Positions 27,736 to 40,385 are shown, numbered from the whole stretch's first letter. The stretch: 63,810 bases of DNA, filler included, from Reticulomyxa filosa (GCA_000512085.1; 19 parts of 19 records of this genome joined end to end with filler, not necessarily neighbours in it); one strand, 5' to 3'. The notes: generated by a model not told the origin, from the sequence alone. Numbers and translations are program-made.

Positions 27736-28720
27736 CTCTTGCTTTTTATAATACCGCTCTGTTGTTATTATTCTCCATTCCTATTTTCTTCTTCTTCTTC
27801 TTCTTCTTTCTTTTCATTCTTTACTTTGTCTTTTTTTTGTTGCCCTTTCCTTCTCTTACTCCTTTCCTTCTTTGTAGTCAACGGCTCTTTCAACTCCACA
27901 CTTTTTCACAAACACATTGTACTTTTCTTTTTTTTTGGAGTCAGTCAAACGACGCCTTTTTTTGAGGTGAACACTATATTGCTTGTTTTTTCTCACTCCT
28001 GTCATTGCTATTATTTATAACTCCCTGACCTGGGGCCATTTGAAGCCATTATTTTTACAAGTGGATTATGTGTATTTACTTTTTTTTAATGGAGCAAACC
28101 GGAATTTGAGTTTCCCTTGGTCCCTCTCCTGTTTAGAAAAAAATAAGTAGCTTTCTAATCTGTGTGGCTTCCTTCTTGTTTTAAACATCTTTGTTCTTCG
28201 TGTTATGTGTTTCAGCTAAACTCTTTTTTGAAATGAAAGGGTTAACATATATTAGTCGATTAGAGTTGTAACTGGCGCAGCCAAACCAAAACCAAAAAAA
28301 TCAGATATTATTGGTATTGCAATCGCAATAAACAAATTTCAGTTGATGTTTAACAGAGTTGGTAAGAGAGTATAAAGGTTGGAGTGTTGTACAAAATTAT
28401 AAAGATTGAAAGTTTCATTTCAGTTATAAGAAACAGTAACTCTGTAAGATCAATTTTCTTCATCGCAATTACGCAAGCAAAAAATAGAGTAAAGTTTTTA
28501 TACAGTCACCCGTTTCTTTTCCCCTATCCACATCAGTCAACAAAAAATTAACGAGTCTTTCCAATTTGTCGTGCAATCTCGCCCTCTCTGTAACTAACAG
28601 TTTTGGCAACTAGAGTTTTTTAACAAAAAAAAAGAAAAAAGGGGGGAAAACTTTTTTTTTTTAATTTGTTGGTGCCAAAGCCTAAGAAAAAAAAGGCAAA
28701 AAAAAAAAGTAAGAAGAAAA

Positions 28721-29396
28721 ATGGGTGGAATATGTATGTCTGCAGCAAACAATGAAACGAAAGATGAAGCAATACTTGCGAATATCCAAGCGGAAGAAAG
28801 CACGTCGGAGCAAGCAAAGAAGAAAGCGAAAGCGAGTAAAAAAAGTGAGAACGTGAATGAAGCGAAGGAGAAGGAAAAGGAAAAGGAAAAGACGAAGCCG
28901 AAACTGCTAACAACCCCAAATGCACAAGAGCCAAAGAAGACAAAGCCAGAGTTAGTGGAAGGAGACGTATCGAACCGACCGATGGAAACGCCAGCACTCA
29001 AAGTTCAGAATTCAAGATCGTTGATTCCTCCACAAACTCCGACCTATCAGTCTCACAATTCTCCGCCAGACAAGTTGGAAGACAATAACAACTTTTTCAT
29101 CATGAGCCACCCCGATGACAATGATAATGACAATGATAATGATAATGATAATGACAATGACAATGATAATAACAAGGCCAACGAAGACAGTGTCCCCGAA
29201 GCAGGTGCCGACGCAGGTGGGCATGTCCTCACTGTCAAAACACCTTCCGACATCACACACGCGTTGATACTACCGCTGACTGATCATCAAAACAATCTTC
29301 CTGAAGCCCAGTCTCCCTCTGTCCAACTCCTGTCCTCTCCGACCCAGTTTCACTTTTATATACATATATACATATATACATATATACATATATACA
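28721..29396 (+). CDS. Hypothetical protein with possible N-myristoylation/palmitoylation start (MGGICMS), truncated
   Basis: Long ORF with K/E and DN repeats; contig ends in a TA repeat. Confidence 0.55.
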
Positions 29397-29496
29397 NNNN
29401 NNNNNNNNNNNNNNNNNNNNNNNNNNNNNNNNNNNNNNNNTTAATTAATTAANNNNNNNNNNNNNNNNNNNNNNNNNNNNNNNNNNNNNNNNNNNN

Positions 29497-30326
29497 AAAT
29501 ATTAAATTATTCACAACGACCAGAAAAGTTTATTCCAATCAATGAAATAACATGCACAACAATTATGTCAGGATTTTTGAAAGCGAATAAAGTGAAAGAA
29601 ATGTTTGATTTTTATGATAATCAAATTCCAAAATTGGCTTTGAACAATAATATTAACTTGCAAAATAAGTTGATAATATCATTGAAAAGTGTCGGACATT
29701 TGAAAATGATGGAAACATCAGATGGAAATGAAATTGAAAAATTATCATTTCATCATCAGAAATATTTGGATATTTTTAAAAATGAATTATATCCTGATAT
29801 CAAATTTAAACCTACATCTATTTCTTTGAATAACGTCGATAAGCTGATAGAAGTGTATGTGTTATTGAATAAGAAATCATGGATGAAAGCAGTGAAAGAT
29901 GTTGAAACAATATTATTTTATGAACCAAATTACATTCATTCATTAAGTTATTGGAAACAAGATATGCTAAACAAAAAACAAACATTGTTGGACTTTAACT
30001 ACTTTTCAACCCCTACAACTTGTTTTATGTTGCGTTATTTGATGACATTTCAAAGACAAGAATTGAAGAGAAAATTTAAAAATGGTCCAATAAAAATATT
30101 ATGTGGAAAATCTCAATTCTCAAGTAAGAAAAGATTAAGTGGATGGAAGGAAGATTATGAATCTCCAAAAAAGAAGAGTATTGAAGATGAATTAAACAAA
30201 TGGAAGATACAAATACGATTAGAACAAGACAATTTCAATCCAGCTGTGTGGTATTTGAATGAAGAAGATGTTCAATTGTTTTTTGAGACAGTACCTCTGA
30301 GTGAAGATTGTTTGATAGTGAAATGA
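29497..30326 (+). CDS. PPR-like helical repeat protein with C-terminal Smr-like domain (3' part)
   Basis: PPR-like TTIMSGFLKANKVKEMFDFYD; Smr-like LLDFNYFS...IKILCGKSQFS...KKSIEDELNKW...DNFNPAVWYL. Confidence 0.6.
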
Positions 30327-32066
30327 AAATGTTGAATGTGATAGCATTAGAAAAAGAATCAATTGTGATTGATCTATCTTTATTGAGTGAACCAATGATA
30401 TGTTTGGAATTTTTTCATTTCAAAATGTTTGTGGTTTGTTGTTGCTTATTTGATAACATTCACTTTAAAAAAAGAACTGACATTCATTTTATGTTAAAGT
30501 GAGATTCGTTGATTTCAAAAGAAATAAATTAATATATATATTCCTTTTTAAAAAAATGAATCCAACCTCCACGTGTGAATGTTGATCCTGTTCATGTTCT
30601 TGCGTTAAGAATATTTAGTAATTGTCGACAAATGAAGAAAAAAAGTCTTTGCTCAGCATATACGCATATAGATTAATGAATAATTTTTTAAAAGAAGCAA
30701 ATCTTTTCTCAATTGTTCAACAAAATACAGTTTTTATTATGGATTTTTTTTTCCATTTTCTAACTTTTTATCAGCTCTTTCCACATTCAAGACCAACATT
30801 AGAGTTTCTTTAGTATGAGGAAGAGTTTTTTTCTCCAAAAAAAGTTATTTATAAAAAAGGGAAGAACATTATTTGATATCTTTGTTTATAAACAAAAATA
30901 AAAACTATTCAACTCAAATGATTTTTTGGAACGAACATATTCATGAACTAGAATACAAGTTGCATGTATTTGTCCCCAAATACGAATAAGATCACGATAA
31001 TAATATTGTGAAAATTTTATACAATGTATTGAATCTGAATGTCGATTATTAAATAATTTTTTGTTTGTTAGTATCTGAATCCAATATGCAAATGGTTTTA
31101 TCTTCTCATACTGTCTACCCTATTAGTCATACTGTCTCCATATATATTTCGTAATTTTTTTGGGCAACGTCAAAACGCTAGGACTCATATATGATCTACC
31201 TCGTATTAGACTTTTTAAATAGAAAATGTATACAACTGTGTATTTATTAGTACTAACAAAAATGTTAGAGATTTGCATCGTATTAGAAAATTTGTAATAA
31301 ACGAATAATAACAATATATTTATGTGTATTTTGGTGAGTTGTATTGAAATATTTACATTCGGGGTAGTTTTAGCCATTTTTCCACAAGCGTTTGCAGAAC
31401 AGTAGTTTTTTGTATGGGGAGTGAGCTAGGAGCAATAACAAAAAACTTATTTTGTACTTTTGCTTGTTGTTTTTTACTTCATTATTGCTTTTTATTAAGT
31501 TATTACTTTTAATTTGAGGTAATTGCTTAAGATGTCTGAACATCACAGCCATGACCACCGAGATAATGAGGAAATGTCTTTGCATGAACCTCCACCGCTT
31601 GAAGGCCGGGAAGCTGTCATTGATGTTACCAACGAAACAAACAAACAAATAAAAAAATAAACTTTGGCTTTGTAATTAGCCTTCGATTTAGGTCTCAAAT
31701 CTTCTTTTTGTTCTTCAGCAGCCTCCTGCTCAGGTTCAAATCTGGAACCTCGCCAAACATGATATCTTCCAAGTTCACCGGTGGAACAGTCGACTGACTT
31801 GATGGTTCATGTTTTATACGTATAATTATTGATTGTTTTAGGCCAATTTGCAATTTGATGCGTATAATTTACCGGATGATTTAACGGAATATCGAGTGAA
31901 TTGGAGAACAGCAGTTAAAAATGACCCTAGTGATTTTGTTGTACGTCCAAGGCTTAATCCGGAAATGATCAGCAGAGATGTTTTAAGAAAATGGGAAACG
32001 TTTTGTGATATTATGGTTAAAGCTGCTGAAAAACGAAAGGAAGAGTTCAAAGTTTAAAATTATGTA

Positions 32067-33026
32067 CAGTAAATTGCAAAAAAAACTGCAATACCTAAAT
32101 GGCACTATACAAAGAGAATCGATTTTCTCCATGAAAAATAAAGATTTAAACCTAATTTTTTTAAAAATATGTACTAATCTTGTAGTTTTTAAATATGAAA
32201 TTGGTTTTATGATAAGTTTTTCCTAGGTTGATGAAAAATATGATTTTTTGAAATGATTTTTAAAAATTTCGAAGGAGTTCATATAAATTGAAACTGTATT
32301 GAAAATAAGAAATTTTTAAATCTTTTTGTTTTCATTTAGGAATCTTCAAGCCACATAGATACTTTTTTAAAAAAATTAGCCTTGTATCTTTTGTAGTTTT
32401 TAACAAAATTTTGAAACGTTTTTTTTGATTATTTGAATTTTTTTAAAAAAAATGTTTTTGTTAAAAATTTATTTTTTGTAATGTTTTCACTATTTTATTG
32501 GTTTTCCTTGTGCATTGATTAAAGCTTTAATTCTCCTTGGCATTGGCTCAACTAGAGCTTAACATAGTTTAGTGTCAGTTTTTTAACATATTTTTTAAAA
32601 ATTTTTCACAAAGTTCTTGTTTGTTGTTAATTTTTTTGACTTTGTATAATTTTACTTTATACAGCTTTTCTTTTTACTATTCAATTACACTTATACAACG
32701 CCAGCCAAAATCGAAGCGAAGCTATACTTACATTAAATTTCTTTGCTACAGATCAAATGCTAGCTCCACCAACTAGCATACTAACAGCAACTCCTTTCTT
32801 AAAAGCACTAAAATGTTTCACCATTTTAAATATCAACATTTTGAAATGTCAATTAAAAATATCAACAATAAAGAAAATTATAAAAAAAAGGAATTTAATA
32901 TTTAAAACTACAATATTAGTATATATTTTTTAAAAAATTAAGTTTAAATCTTTATTTTTCATTTAGAAAATCGATTCTCTTCATATAATGCTATTTAGGT
33001 ATAGCAGTTTTTTCTGCGATATACTG
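32067..33026 (-). mobile_element. Internally deleted (non-autonomous) Tc1/mariner element
   Basis: About 135-bp imperfect TIRs (32067-32202 and 32892-33026) with CAGT/ACTG ends, flanked by TA on both sides (32065-66, 33027-28). Interior has a transposase N-terminus MVKHFSAFKKGVAVSMLVGGASI*SVAKKFNVSIASLRFW (from 32824) close to a C-terminus ALVEPMPRRIKALINAQGKPIK*. Confidence 0.9.
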
Positions 33027-33558
33027 TATAAGTTGCACAAGAAATTACAATATCTAAAAAGATAACGATCATGCAGCAATAATTATTGAATTTTCTGCCA
33101 CAATTGCGCCGTTCATATTGTTTACAAAAATAAAATGAGCAGCATTGCCTTCTAATACAAACTCATACATACGTAATTTCTATCTTTTTTTGAATTAATT
33201 AGAATCTAATAGTATCATTTGACACAAATACGATATTTGTATTTGATACGAAAACTTCTGGCTTTGCTTGATGTTCGACAGATTTTTTGAAATAGTGCGG
33301 CGTGTGGTTACTATTTGATATTGGAGTGTGACTAGTTTTTGCTTGGTTAAAATTTATTTTTATTCATAATAACAAAAGAATCAATTCAGTGGCTTGCGAC
33401 TATTACACGACTCATTTTTTTTGAAGATATAATCGAACAGATGAAAGTCTTCAGTTTAACTGCTGAACATGAACCGCAAACAACTGTGCAGTTCGAAAGG
33501 ACAAGGAACTTTTTGCAAAAATATTTCTAATTTCTGCATTCTGCTTTCTTGTTAGAAA

Positions 33559-34285
33559 ATGGCCCAATCCAGTTTTAAACAAGCCCACAACTTAGGTGCT
33601 ACTTATGTTGCCTTGCAAATTATTCTTCTAAATAAAATTATTTGTAAACAAGCAACGTAAAACACAAACACAAAAAACAAAGAAAAAAGGAAAAAGGAAG
33701 GCAGCAAAATTCTGGCCAAGTATCCTGACAGAATACCGGTACATTACCCAAAAAGTGCTACATGAATCAAAAACACACAAATATCTATCACAACTGTTCA
33801 CATAATAACACAAAAACAAATTAATGAAAGGTGATTTGTGAAAAAGCAGCAAAAAGTGAAATTGTTGACATTGACAAGAAAAAGTTCATTCACTTCGAAA
33901 AAAACTTTTTTTCCCTTTTGCGTCTCTCATATGCACTTCGTGTCAAAAAAGTTCAATCCCATTAAAAATAACAAAAGATACTTGGTGCCAGGAGATTTGA
34001 CAGTCACCCAGTTTGTATACGTAGTTCGAAAAAGAATAAAAATACCATCGGAAAAGGCCATATTTCTTTATGTCAATGGGATAATTCCTTCGCCATGTTA
34101 TAACTTTATTTTTCTTTTCCTCCTCATCCTCTCTTCTCTTACAAAAAAAAAAAGAGATTAATCAACATGTTTTTTTTGAATGTACAGCTTCTCTGATGTC
34201 CGCCATTTACAAGCAGCATAAGGACGAAGACGGATTTTTGTATGTGACCTATTCTGGCGAAAATACATTTGGGACTGTCTTTTAA
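33559..34285 (+). CDS. ATG8: Autophagy protein ATG8, 5 exons
   Basis: [12 protein letters not shown]|[19 protein letters not shown]|[17 protein letters not shown]|[40 protein letters not shown]|[32 protein letters not shown]; all introns GT-AG. Confidence 0.95.
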
Positions 34286-34841
34286 TGTATTGGCGTTTGA
34301 CTGTTTTTGGAAAGAAGGGGTTTAATTAAGTTTTCTTTTTAGATCTTTCGATTCTTTACGTATTAATCTTTAAGATCACTCTTTTCAATGTCCAATCCAA
34401 TTAAGATTACAATCGTGAGTTTCTCCGCAGAATGTGTTCCAAATCTTGCAAAACAAATATTGGATATTAGAAACGTATGATCGAATATTCGTTATTGTGG
34501 GGATGAAATTTTTTTGCGTGCATTTAAAATTTTTGGAGCTGCCTAAAAAAAAAAATGAACAAAAAAAATTATACTTTTTTTTTGGAGTAGAATTTGCTTT
34601 GTTTTGCAAATCTTAGTGATCTCAATTTTATTCAAAGAGTTTACATTATTTTCCTGATTTGATAAAAGTCCGAAACAGTTGTAATGGTGAAGGTCAAGGA
34701 AGAAAAAAAATTTACAACAAAACTCTTAAAAAAAAAAAAAAAGTTGGTGACAAGAGAGCGAAGGAGGGGTTCAACTGTAGAAGAAAGAACTTTTTTTTTC
34801 CAAAGTAAAATATCCCTTTTCGGAAGATCATAATAGCAGCA

Positions 34842-35090
34842 ATGACTGAATCCAAACGAACAGCCAGTGTTGCAGACGTAGTGTTGATAAATGGACAGTT
34901 GGGAGTGGTGAAATATGTAGGTCCTCTGAGGAACGAGTCGGGCGTTTACTTTGGGGTGGAAATGAAATCGAAGCCGTCACAAGGACACAATGGGACATGG
35001 AAGAACGTGACGTACTTTACAGCGAAAGATGGTCACGGGATATTGACAAAATCCATTGACAGGTTTTTCGTCTGGAATAAAAATATTTAA
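34842..35090 (+). CDS. CAP-Gly domain protein, first exon (truncated)
   Basis: GVVKYVG...GVYFGVEM...QGHNGTWKNVTYF...GHGIL. Confidence 0.85.
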   Translation: MTESKRTASVADVVLINGQLGVVKYVGPLRNESGVYFGVEMKSKPSQGHNGTWKNVTYFTAKDGHGILTKSIDRFFVWNKNI

Positions 35091-35129
35091 TTTTTTTTTT
35101 TATTTTTATTTTTTATTTTTAAAAACAAG

Positions 35130-35170
<41 letters not shown>

Positions 35171-35270
35171 NNNNNNNNNNNNNNNNNNNNNNNNNNNNNN
35201 NNNNNNNNNNNNNNTTAATTAATTAANNNNNNNNNNNNNNNNNNNNNNNNNNNNNNNNNNNNNNNNNNNN

Positions 35271-35306
<36 letters not shown>

Positions 35307-35852
35307 GTTGTTGACATTGGGATCCTTGGCGACATCCTTGCTATCATTATGAGAAGGGATTGATCCAACTTGAATTGGATCTGAAGAGGAGATAGGCAAT
35401 TGTGGCTCCGGTAAGTTGGGCAAATAGATCAAGTGAGCATCATCACTCCAACTGTCATTTGTGTGATGATGATGATGATGATGATGATGATAGTGGTGTT
35501 GGTCTTGCATTGGTGGGTCTGCAGCATCGGTGAGAATGGGTCCGGGGTTGGCAAAAGAAGAGGACAATGGAGTCGATGGCGAAGATGCATACGAGTCGAA
35601 CGAAGAGCGTCTTTCATCTAAAGATGGGGGTGGCTGTTTCTGAAAGGAATCGTGTTGAGCGTCGACGCTGTTGGTCTCATCTTTGCCATTTGACTTATCT
35701 TTCATTTCACGTTTTTTTTTTCTTGCCTTTATTTTTTTTGTGTCTTTCGGAGGTTTGTTACTACTTTTGTTTTTGGCATTGTCTTTATTTGTCAAGTGTT
35801 TTTTATTGGCTTCTGTTTGTTGATTGGTTGACACATGAATGATTGGTGGTGT

Positions 35853-35910
<58 letters not shown>

Positions 35911-36601
35911 GGTTCATTCACCTCGGTCACAATGCTCATCTCAAACTTTTCTTTTTTCATTTCCTCCGTCATATTCCGACTATTCACGTCCATTGGATGT
36001 CGCATGTATTTTTGTGACAATTCCAACGACTGTCGATGAACCATGTGCTCGATTCGTGCCTTTTCTGCTTTGTCAGACAACTCACTTATTGTTCGATTGA
36101 ATGAACGTCGGGCCACGATCCTCTCCAAATTCAATTCTTCTTCGCTCTCCTTCTTGCTATCTATCATCTCCTTACTGTCTTTTTTACCGTTTCTCTGCAT
36201 CTCTCTTTCCGTTCCCTTTCTTAGTGGTCCGTTCAATGCCCCACCATTATCACCTTCTGCGTTAGGTTCCACTACTATGTCAATATATTGTACATACAAA
36301 AAAAAAAAAAAAAAAAACCAGTTTTGTTGTTTGCTGTTGTTGTTGCTGTCGTATTGTTGTTTTTAATACTCTCTTTTTTATCTCTACTCTTTTTTTTTTT
36401 TTTTTTTGGGAAATTTTGCTCTTCTTATCTTCCTCTCTTCACCCGTCACTAGATGCGTTCCCCTCTCCTTTACGTAATGTTTAGATTGATTCCAACTTTA
36501 CCTTCTTCTGTGATGGTACGAAGAATGATAGGGTTTAAAGCATCATTCGCTAGAGCCTTAAGAGATTTTGATACATCTTCTGAAGATCCGTTTTGAGACA
36601 T
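35271..36601 (-). CDS. Hypothetical low-complexity protein (polyQ/H/N), truncated
   Basis: ATG at 36601 and long exon 35271-36299. Confidence 0.55.
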
Positions 36602-36950
36602 TTTTAAAGGTCACAATAAGTTGAACTTTGCACGTTACACTATACTCAAAGTCACCAGCTTTCCTTCAAAAAAAAGAGCTTACAGTATGTGGAAACAAAG
36701 AGATTAAATCTTTAGCGAAAAGGATTAAGTATAGTTTTTTTTGGATGCTGACACTTTAGCTTGTGTCAATTAAACTCTCAGTCTTAAAACTAAATTGAAA
36801 AAATCCCAAGTTTTCAAAATAAACGGCACTCCTTGTCAAGACGTATATGCTAATCGTGTTTTGTAAAAGGTTACTTTCTGGCTTTTCTCCTTCCAAAAAA
36901 AAAAACTCAAGCATTTGATTGATTTGTTACCTTGACTTATTTATTAACAA

Positions 36951-37190
36951 ATGTCTAAGCGCTTACGAATTTGTTATGATGATTTTGTAGAGTTAGATGA
37001 CGGACGGAAAGGGACAATTAAGTTCATTGGTCCCCCAACGGTCCAGAGCGACATTTGGTATGGAATAGTACTGACCGAGCCAACAGGAGAGCACAATGGT
37101 CGTCAACGTGGACGAACTTATTTCCGGTGTGAAGATAAGTATGGAGAGTTTGTGAAGCCCCACAAAGTATCAAAAATTTTGAAAAGTTAA
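36951..37190 (+). CDS. CAP-Gly domain protein, first exon (truncated)
   Basis: GTIKFIG...WYGIVLTEPTGEHNG...RTYFRCEDKYGEFVKP. Confidence 0.9.
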   Translation: MSKRLRICYDDFVELDDGRKGTIKFIGPPTVQSDIWYGIVLTEPTGEHNGRQRGRTYFRCEDKYGEFVKPHKVSKILKS

Positions 37191-37325
37191 GCGATACAAC
37201 AAACAAGCAAAATGTATTTTCGAATAGTTGATTGTAACTTAAAAAAAAAGAAAAAGAAGGGACAAACAACAATATAATTTGGGATACTCATATTTTCGCA
37301 ATTTTCACAACAACGGTGTTCATTA

Positions 37326-37361
<36 letters not shown>

Positions 37362-37461
37362 NNNNNNNNNNNNNNNNNNNNNNNNNNNNNNNNNNNNNNN
37401 NNNNNTTAATTAATTAANNNNNNNNNNNNNNNNNNNNNNNNNNNNNNNNNNNNNNNNNNNN

Positions 37462-38626
37462 CACCACTTCTGGAAGTCGTCGTAGGGCCGGCTCGTCCGA
37501 TCGATCTCCACCACGATCGGAACCTTGCGCAACAGGGCCGGTTCGCCGCCGCGCACCTTGTTCCAGTAGTCCAGCAGGTCGTAGTCGAGCTTCACCTTGA
37601 TGTCGCCCTTGGCGAAGGGCTGGTGCACCAGCGCGTGGTTCAGCCTGACCGCCTCTTCGACGATCTCGATCGGCAGACCGTCGCTCCGCGCCCGCACGGT
37701 CTCGGACAGCAGCGCGCCCGCCTCCTTGTAGAAGTCGTCGAACCGACCCTCCGCCGTCAACTTGACGAAGATGTACTCGTCGGCCGGCCAGAAGATGTTG
37801 AGATATTCCTTGGAGAAGACGTACTCCGCGCCACCCTGCTGGATGGACCCGGCCTCGCTTTCGAAGAAGGCATTGATCCCGGCGATGGTCGGAAACCGCT
37901 TCGCGTCCGCCGCCATGAAGGCTTCGATCATGTCGCGATAGGAAATGCCGGAAATGCCGTGAGCCAGAACCAGCGGGATCTGGAACAGCTTGTCGAAATG
38001 CAGCAGCGCGGTCATCCAGCAGAAGATGCGCGTGCGCCGCCAGTCGTCGAGCGGCGTTGCCGCCGTGGCGATGACCAGATCCTGCATTCCGGCACATCGT
38101 CATCGAGTTCGATGCGCTCGCCGTGGATGTTGATGATCTTCGACTCGACCGTGACCATGCCGTACTTGGCCTGATAGGCGGGATCGCCCATCTCGGCGTT
38201 CGGCAGGATCGACAGGTTGTTGAACTGGATGCGGTTGTGCTGGCCGTTCTCCATCAGCTGGTCGACGCCGCGCACGAAGGATTCGTATGTCTCGCCCGGC
38301 AGGCCGAGGATCAGGTCCGAATAGGTCTCGACCTTGTCGCGCGTGAAGCGGCGCTGCAGCTCCATGTAGGTGCCGAGCGAAATGTTGTCGCGCTTGATGG
38401 CCTCGAGGGTCGGCATGTCGACGCTCTGCATCGACAGGGCCAGCCCTTGTTCAGGCCGGCATCGGAAAGAATCTTCTGGGTTTCGTAGGCGCGTTCCGTG
38501 GCGTTCTTGGTGTTCTGGACGGAGAGCGCCACCGGATAGCCGGTCTCCTTCTTGATGCCGGCCACGTAGTTCGCATGTCGACGTCGCGCTTCTGGATGCC
38601 GAAGTTGGCATCGCAGCAGAAGATGT
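37462..38626 (-). CDS. Bacterial B12-dependent radical SAM protein, internal fragment with frameshifts (foreign contig)
   Basis: Much higher GC than the rest, no introns. Motifs IFCCDANFG, LSMQSVDMPTLEAIKRDNI, SDLILGLPGETYESF, LSILPNAEMGDP. Confidence 0.85.
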
Positions 38627-38995
38627 NNNNNNNNNNNNNNNNNNNNNNNNNNNNNNNNNNNNNNNNNNNNTTAATTAATTAANNNNNNNNNNNNNNNNNN
38701 NNNNNNNNNNNNNNNNNNNNNNNNNNATCAACGGTTGTGTTTATAATAGTTGCAAATTATCTGCAAAAAAAAAAAAAAAAAAGAAGGATTAAACGCTTCA
38801 CCAATGTATTTGGGACAACTTTAGTGTCAATACATTTTTAAAGATTATCCACTTCAAACTTGGATTAAATAAAGATGCTTATGTTTACAAAAATGTGTAA
38901 TCAAAGTTTTAACAATAAAGCATTCTCGTAAACAATGAAAAAAAAAAATTTTCAAGCGTGTTTAACAATAACAATAATAATTATAAAACTCATTA

Positions 38996-39616
38996 CTACC
39001 AACGATCCTCAACAAATGCAGTAATTGCATACAAAAGTGTCCAACCTATAGCCAATTCTACAATCCCGGCTTTATAATGCTCATTTGTGTAAAGAAACAC
39101 GAAAATTCCATACACTGTTAGCACAGAGCCAACATACTGGGGGTGTCTAATGACATTAAAGGGGAATCCAGTGTACCACTTCACTTTTTTTCCTAAGCGT
39201 ATACCATAATAAACACCATCCTTGCCAATGGTCTTGTACACTCCAATGTTCAATATCTTTTTTTGTTGCCAAGTTATTCGGTATTCGCAATCAAAGAAAA
39301 AATAAGTAACATATACAAAAACAAGTACTTGTCCTAAAATTATCAAAGTAAGTGCTAATATCCATTTCCACCACTGGATTGCATATAATGTACTCAAAAT
39401 GGTATACTTGCTCCCCAAGAAATAATAATACCAAATGCTCACAGTAATAAACTGTACTACTTTAAGCGTTGAAGCCACTATTGAAAAGATTGCCACAGGA
39501 TCTTGCCTGGTACTTCGACAATACTGCAACCATTCGTTATGTTGAGTCCATACCCAGAGATAATACCAATGGGGGATTGATATAATTAATAAAGCGAGCC
39601 AAGTTAATAAATACAT
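38996..39616 (-). CDS. Phospholipid N-methyltransferase, plant PLMT-like (PEMT family); probable 72-nt intron 39257-39328
   Basis: PHWYYLWVW, GQ|ILNIGVYKTIGKDGVYYGIRLGKKVKWYTGFPFNVIRHPQYVGSVL. Confidence 0.85.
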   Translation of the reverse strand: MYLLTWLALLIISIPHWYYLWVWTQHNEWLQYCRSTRQDPVAIFSIVASTLKVVQFITVSIWYYYFLGSKYTILSTLYAIQWWKWILALTLIILGQVLVFVYVTYFFFDCEYRITWQQKKILNIGVYKTIGKDGVYYGIRLGKKVKWYTGFPFNVIRHPQYVGSVLTVYGIFVFLYTNEHYKAGIVELAIGWTLLYAITAFVEDRW

Positions 39617-39929
39617 GTAAGGTTTGCTCTTTTGTGAACAAGCTCAACTTAATCCGAATTTATGACGAAGACAGTATTTAATTAACTTAGTTGACTGCTA
39701 TTTTTGTAATTAATTGTTCTAAAAATAAGTAAAGCAGTACTTTAAACTGATTAAATATATATATTTTTGTCAAAATTTTTAAATCGTGCTCAGTACGTTT
39801 CCATATCAAATACTTTGACAATATTCATTTTGCTGCTGATAAGTACTGCAGTTTGACAACACAAGGAAAAATTATGGGATACATTTTACAATTTATGGGG
39901 ACTTCAATCTTAAAATTAGAAAAATATAA

Positions 39930-40385
39930 GTGATAATGTTTTCATTTTTGACTGGCCTAAATATCGCCAATGGTATCACTAATAAGAAGAAAAATCCTCA
40001 ATCTCAGCTAAATCCCTTGTCTCATGATTCAGGAAGTAGAACGTCACTGATTAGTAAGCCAAACCAAATACAAGAACCTCGAGTGGATTACGTTGCAAAC
40101 GTTCACACACAAAATCGCTTTAATAACGATCAAGCAAACACCCCATTTCGACCAGAACCACCAACTAATGAAAGCACAATTGTCAATACACCATCTCAAC
40201 AAAAAGCAGTTATCACAAAAAGGAAAATGCTCGACGGTGAAGGATTACGTGCTGTGGACTTGTTGTTAGGAATTGTGGTTTTATTGTTTACACTTTCCAT
40301 TAATCACTTCATAAAATCTATTATCACCTCTTTGCTTCTTTCCACCATTGTGATGGCTTCCATTTATGCTTGTGCAATGTCATAG
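39930..40385 (+). CDS. Hypothetical small membrane protein
   Basis: 151-aa ORF with two C-terminal hydrophobic segments. Confidence 0.5.
   Translation: MIMFSFLTGLNIANGITNKKKNPQSQLNPLSHDSGSRTSLISKPNQIQEPRVDYVANVHTQNRFNNDQANTPFRPEPPTNESTIVNTPSQQKAVITKRKMLDGEGLRAVDLLLGIVVLLFTLSINHFIKSIITSLLLSTIVMASIYACAMS

Noticed and set aside
34842-37190. Cluster of two CAP-Gly genes
   Set aside because: They lie on different contigs separated by a spacer; adjacency is artificial.
37462-39616. Functional methylation cluster (radical SAM, PLMT, nearby AHCY)
   Set aside because: Three separate contigs, one of them bacterial; no linkage.
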